A stretch of 55,788 nt of DNA from Patescibacteria group bacterium (GTDB lineage: Bacteria > Patescibacteriota > Patescibacteriia > UBA10025 > JAHIVO01), in assembly GCA_041666685.1 (NCBI GenBank), contig JBAYGJ010000002.1:1-55788 (forward strand). The letters are read 5' to 3'. The notes under the pieces are model-generated. The model was given only the letters and a program-made list of their open reading frames with translations, did no database searches and was not told the DNA's origin. Positions 53,610 to 55,788 of this stretch are shown in pieces. Numbering within the stretch: the stretch's first letter is position 1; each line of letters begins with the position of its first letter. The position numbers were made by a program, and so were the translations under genes.

Positions 53610-53843
53610 TTACTTTTTAGCCTTATCTTCTTTTTTCTTGGCTTTCTTTTTCTTGCGGTCCGCTTTGACATCAAGCATCAGGACGTCCTGGCCTTTGTAA
53701 AAGCCACAATAGGCGCACACGTGGTGCGGTCGGATTGGTTTTTTGCATTTCGGGCATTTCGCCAGTGACTGTACCTCGAGGGCGAAATGGGAAGCGCGTT
53801 CACGTTTAGACTGTCTAGTTCTTCGTTTGGCTGGTAAGCCCAT
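53610..53843 (-). CDS. rpmF: 50S ribosomal protein L32 with a Lys-rich tail
   Basis: GLPAKRRTRQSKRERASH.. ..CPKCKKPIRPHHVCAYCGFYKG is the L32 zinc-ribbon form, with the tail DRKKKKAKKKEDKAKK. Confidence 0.9.
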   Translation of the reverse strand: MGLPAKRRTRQSKRERASHFALEVQSLAKCPKCKKPIRPHHVCAYCGFYKGQDVLMLDVKADRKKKKAKKKEDKAKK

Positions 53844-53981
53844 ATGATTTTTACGTTAGCATTGAATAAATTATACCTAGTATCCGCTTCATTGACAAGC
53901 GACATCCATTACACTAAGATGTGGGGACATTGTAAATGGTTCTTTTGATCATGTCAATTCAGAAAGGCAGGAGTACGGGAT

Positions 53982-54251
53982 ATGAGTAACACAATAGGCG
54001 ACAATCCCGAGCTTCGTCGGGAAATCTTAGCAGCCGGTCAGGCAGCCCTGGATGCGCAAACCGCACCCACAAATTGCCAGCACCTCGGGGTATTGAGAGG
54101 TGAAGGCCGGATGGAGCTCCCTCCAACCATGGCCGCAAAGTATCCGCTGGGTATTTATCTGGGTACATGCGTGAATGGTTGCGGGACCACCAAAAGTGCC
54201 CGAGTCTTTGATGAAGCGAAGGAATGGCCGCAGTTTGGCCAGGTAGAGTAG
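53982..54251 (+). CDS. hypothetical protein, 89 aa
   Basis: ORF with AGGAG 9 nt upstream of the ATG. No recognisable motif. Confidence 0.4.
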   Translation: MSNTIGDNPELRREILAAGQAALDAQTAPTNCQHLGVLRGEGRMELPPTMAAKYPLGIYLGTCVNGCGTTKSARVFDEAKEWPQFGQVE

Positions 54252-54267
54252 TACATTGGAGGACTTC

Positions 54268-54336
54268 ATGGATGATTTTTTTGGGGATCCTTATGAGGAT
54301 GACGATGATTTCCCGGATTGGATCTTGGATATTTGA
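54268..54336 (+). CDS. 22-aa highly acidic micro-ORF (absent from the ORF track)
   Basis: MDDFFGDPYEDDDDFPDWILDI. GGAGGA lies 4 nt upstream of the ATG, 16 nt after the previous stop, and a terminator follows. Confidence 0.3.
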   Translation: MDDFFGDPYEDDDDFPDWILDI

Positions 54337-54358
54337 TCCTTGGGCAGAAGAATTTTTT

Positions 54359-54391
54359 AGGCAGTTGCATCGGTGACTGCCTTTTTATTTT
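54359..54391 (+). terminator. rho-independent terminator
   Basis: AGGCAGT-tgcatcggtg-ACTGCCT followed by TTTTTATTTT. Confidence 0.7.
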
Positions 54392-54479
54392 GGCAAGAGT
54401 TGAATTTTGCATTATACTATTAAATAATGAGGTGAACTCGTGACATATTTTTTAGGGCAGATGGTCTAAGAAAACAATC

Positions 54480-55721
54480 ATGGAACAAACTAATTTAAAA
54501 GTTTATGGCCATAGGTGGCTGATACTACTGGCATTCATGTTTATCGCCGGTATGAACCAGATGACGTGGATTACATTTGCCCCGATCACCAGTAAGGCGG
54601 TGGAGTTTTTTGGTCTTAAATCCGATTTAATGGTCAGTTTGCTATCAATGAGTTTCATGGCAGTCGGTATATTATTGGTCATCCCCGCGGCCTGGGTGAT
54701 CGACACCTGGGGTTTTCGTGTTGCTGTCGGCATTGGCGCTGCCCTGACCGGCTTTTTTGCTATGACTCGTGGTATATTTGCGCATAACTTCTCCTTGGTT
54801 TTTGCCTCACAGATCGGGCTAGCTGTTGCCCAACCATTTATACTTGGCGCGATTACTAAACTCGCGGCGCGCTGGTTCCCGGTCAAGGAACGGGCGACAG
54901 CAGCTGGACTGGGGACACTATCAACGTACCTCGGAATTATGGCGGCGATGATTATTACGCCCCCACTCACTCTGGAACTTGGGATTCCCGGGATGCTGCT
55001 TGCTTACGGTGTGGCTAGTCTGGTAGCGGCGTTTTTTTTCCTCTTTGTCGCCCGCGAACGTCCGCCTACATCACCCGCGTTCGCTGGCGTTGATGATCGG
55101 GTGCTGATGTTTGAAGGTTTGAAGCGCGTGTTGCGCCAGCGGGATTTTATATTCTTGCTCATTATATTCTTTTTTGGGCTGGGCGCATTCAATGCCATCT
55201 CTACTTGGATTGAAGTGATCGTCCATCCTCGCGGGTTCTCAATTGCCCAGGCCGGAATGGCTGGCGGTTTGATGCTGATCGGCGGTATTTGTGGTGCAAT
55301 CGCTATGCCAATATTGTCAGATACTTTTCATCGACGCAAGCCATTTATGATCACCGCTTTGGCCGGTGTAATCCCTGGTTTGATTGGTATGACCTTTGCT
55401 ACAAATTACTGGTTGTTGCTGGCGTCCGGTTTTATTTTCGGATTTTTTCTGCTCGGTTCTGGTCCGATCGGATTTCAGTATGCGGCCGAGATTACCCGGC
55501 CCGCACCCGAAGGCACGTCCAATAGCCTATTGCTGGCGATGGGCCAGATTTCAGGAATTATCTTTATCTTCGGCATGGACGCCCTTAAGGCGCCCGGCAC
55601 CGGCGTGATGACCAACTCGCTATTGGGCCAGGCCGGGTTGATCGTGCTGAGCTTGATACTGGTTATGTTCCTCCGGGAATCACCAATTTTGGCGTCTTCA
55701 CGCAAGATTGAACAATTATAG
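54480..55721 (+). CDS. major facilitator superfamily transporter
   Basis: 413 aa with about 12 hydrophobic helices and a central loop, the typical MFS layout. Confidence 0.8.
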   Translation: MEQTNLKVYGHRWLILLAFMFIAGMNQMTWITFAPITSKAVEFFGLKSDLMVSLLSMSFMAVGILLVIPAAWVIDTWGFRVAVGIGAALTGFFAMTRGIFAHNFSLVFASQIGLAVAQPFILGAITKLAARWFPVKERATAAGLGTLSTYLGIMAAMIITPPLTLELGIPGMLLAYGVASLVAAFFFLFVARERPPTSPAFAGVDDRVLMFEGLKRVLRQRDFIFLLIIFFFGLGAFNAISTWIEVIVHPRGFSIAQAGMAGGLMLIGGICGAIAMPILSDTFHRRKPFMITALAGVIPGLIGMTFATNYWLLLASGFIFGFFLLGSGPIGFQYAAEITRPAPEGTSNSLLLAMGQISGIIFIFGMDALKAPGTGVMTNSLLGQAGLIVLSLILVMFLRESPILASSRKIEQL

Positions 55722-55739
55722 CATTTGTTGTATACAAAA

Positions 55740-55772
55740 CCGCCGTCCAATTTTGGAGCGGCGGAATTTTTA
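55740..55772 (+). terminator. rho-independent terminator
   Basis: CCGCCG-tccaattttggag-CGGCGG followed by AATTTTTA. Confidence 0.6.
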
Positions 55773-55788
55773 TATCTGTTGGAGAATG

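Overview
This 55.8-kb window comes from a compact, gene-dense bacterial genome that uses the standard genetic code. By inference only, it looks like a reduced Patescibacteria/CPR-like lineage. The hints are long low-complexity tails on S16, L32, PNPase and NusA, an archaeal-type cytidylate kinase, an HPS-like gene, a membrane pyrophosphatase, a fused PyrB-PyrI, and a 16S gene with no adjacent 23S.

Most of the window is housekeeping:
- RNA and translation: rpsO, an NYN-domain gene, pnp, rnhB, yraN, nusA, tig, nfo, trmD, a KH protein, rpsP, rnc, nusB, rpmF and a sigma-70 factor.
- Other core functions: hppA, ddl, smc, and pyrBI/pyrE/pyrF.
- RNA genes: one roughly 1.5-kb 16S rRNA and 10 intact tRNA genes, all on the minus strand.

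The most unusual signal is at the tRNA loci. Eight of the 10 tRNA genes lie within about 200 nt of partial copies of themselves (5' or 3' pieces of 11-55 nt). These copies are interrupted at D-loop, anticodon-loop or T-loop positions by 19- to 181-nt GC-rich hairpin inserts. Several inserts share a CCCTTCGACTTCGCTCAGGG-type motif. Three intact tRNAs have leader/trailer sequences that extend the acceptor stem into 16-21-bp helices.

Other notable items:
- An AT-rich gene sits where rimM normally lies in the rpsP-trmD operon and encodes a nucleoside-deoxyribosyltransferase-like / polyprenyl-synthase-like fusion.
- A secreted beta-helix protein is inserted in the same operon.
- An uncharacterised 518-aa protein is translationally coupled to a DapF-like epimerase, followed by C39-like peptidase, ParB-like and ATL genes.
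- A four-gene lipid-handling cluster contains two acyltransferases, an adenylating enzyme and a patatin.
- Two promoter-to-terminator units have no ORF and are candidate ncRNAs.
- Several small ORFs are missing from the ORF track.

All calls rest on reading the sequence and remembered family motifs; no searches were run.
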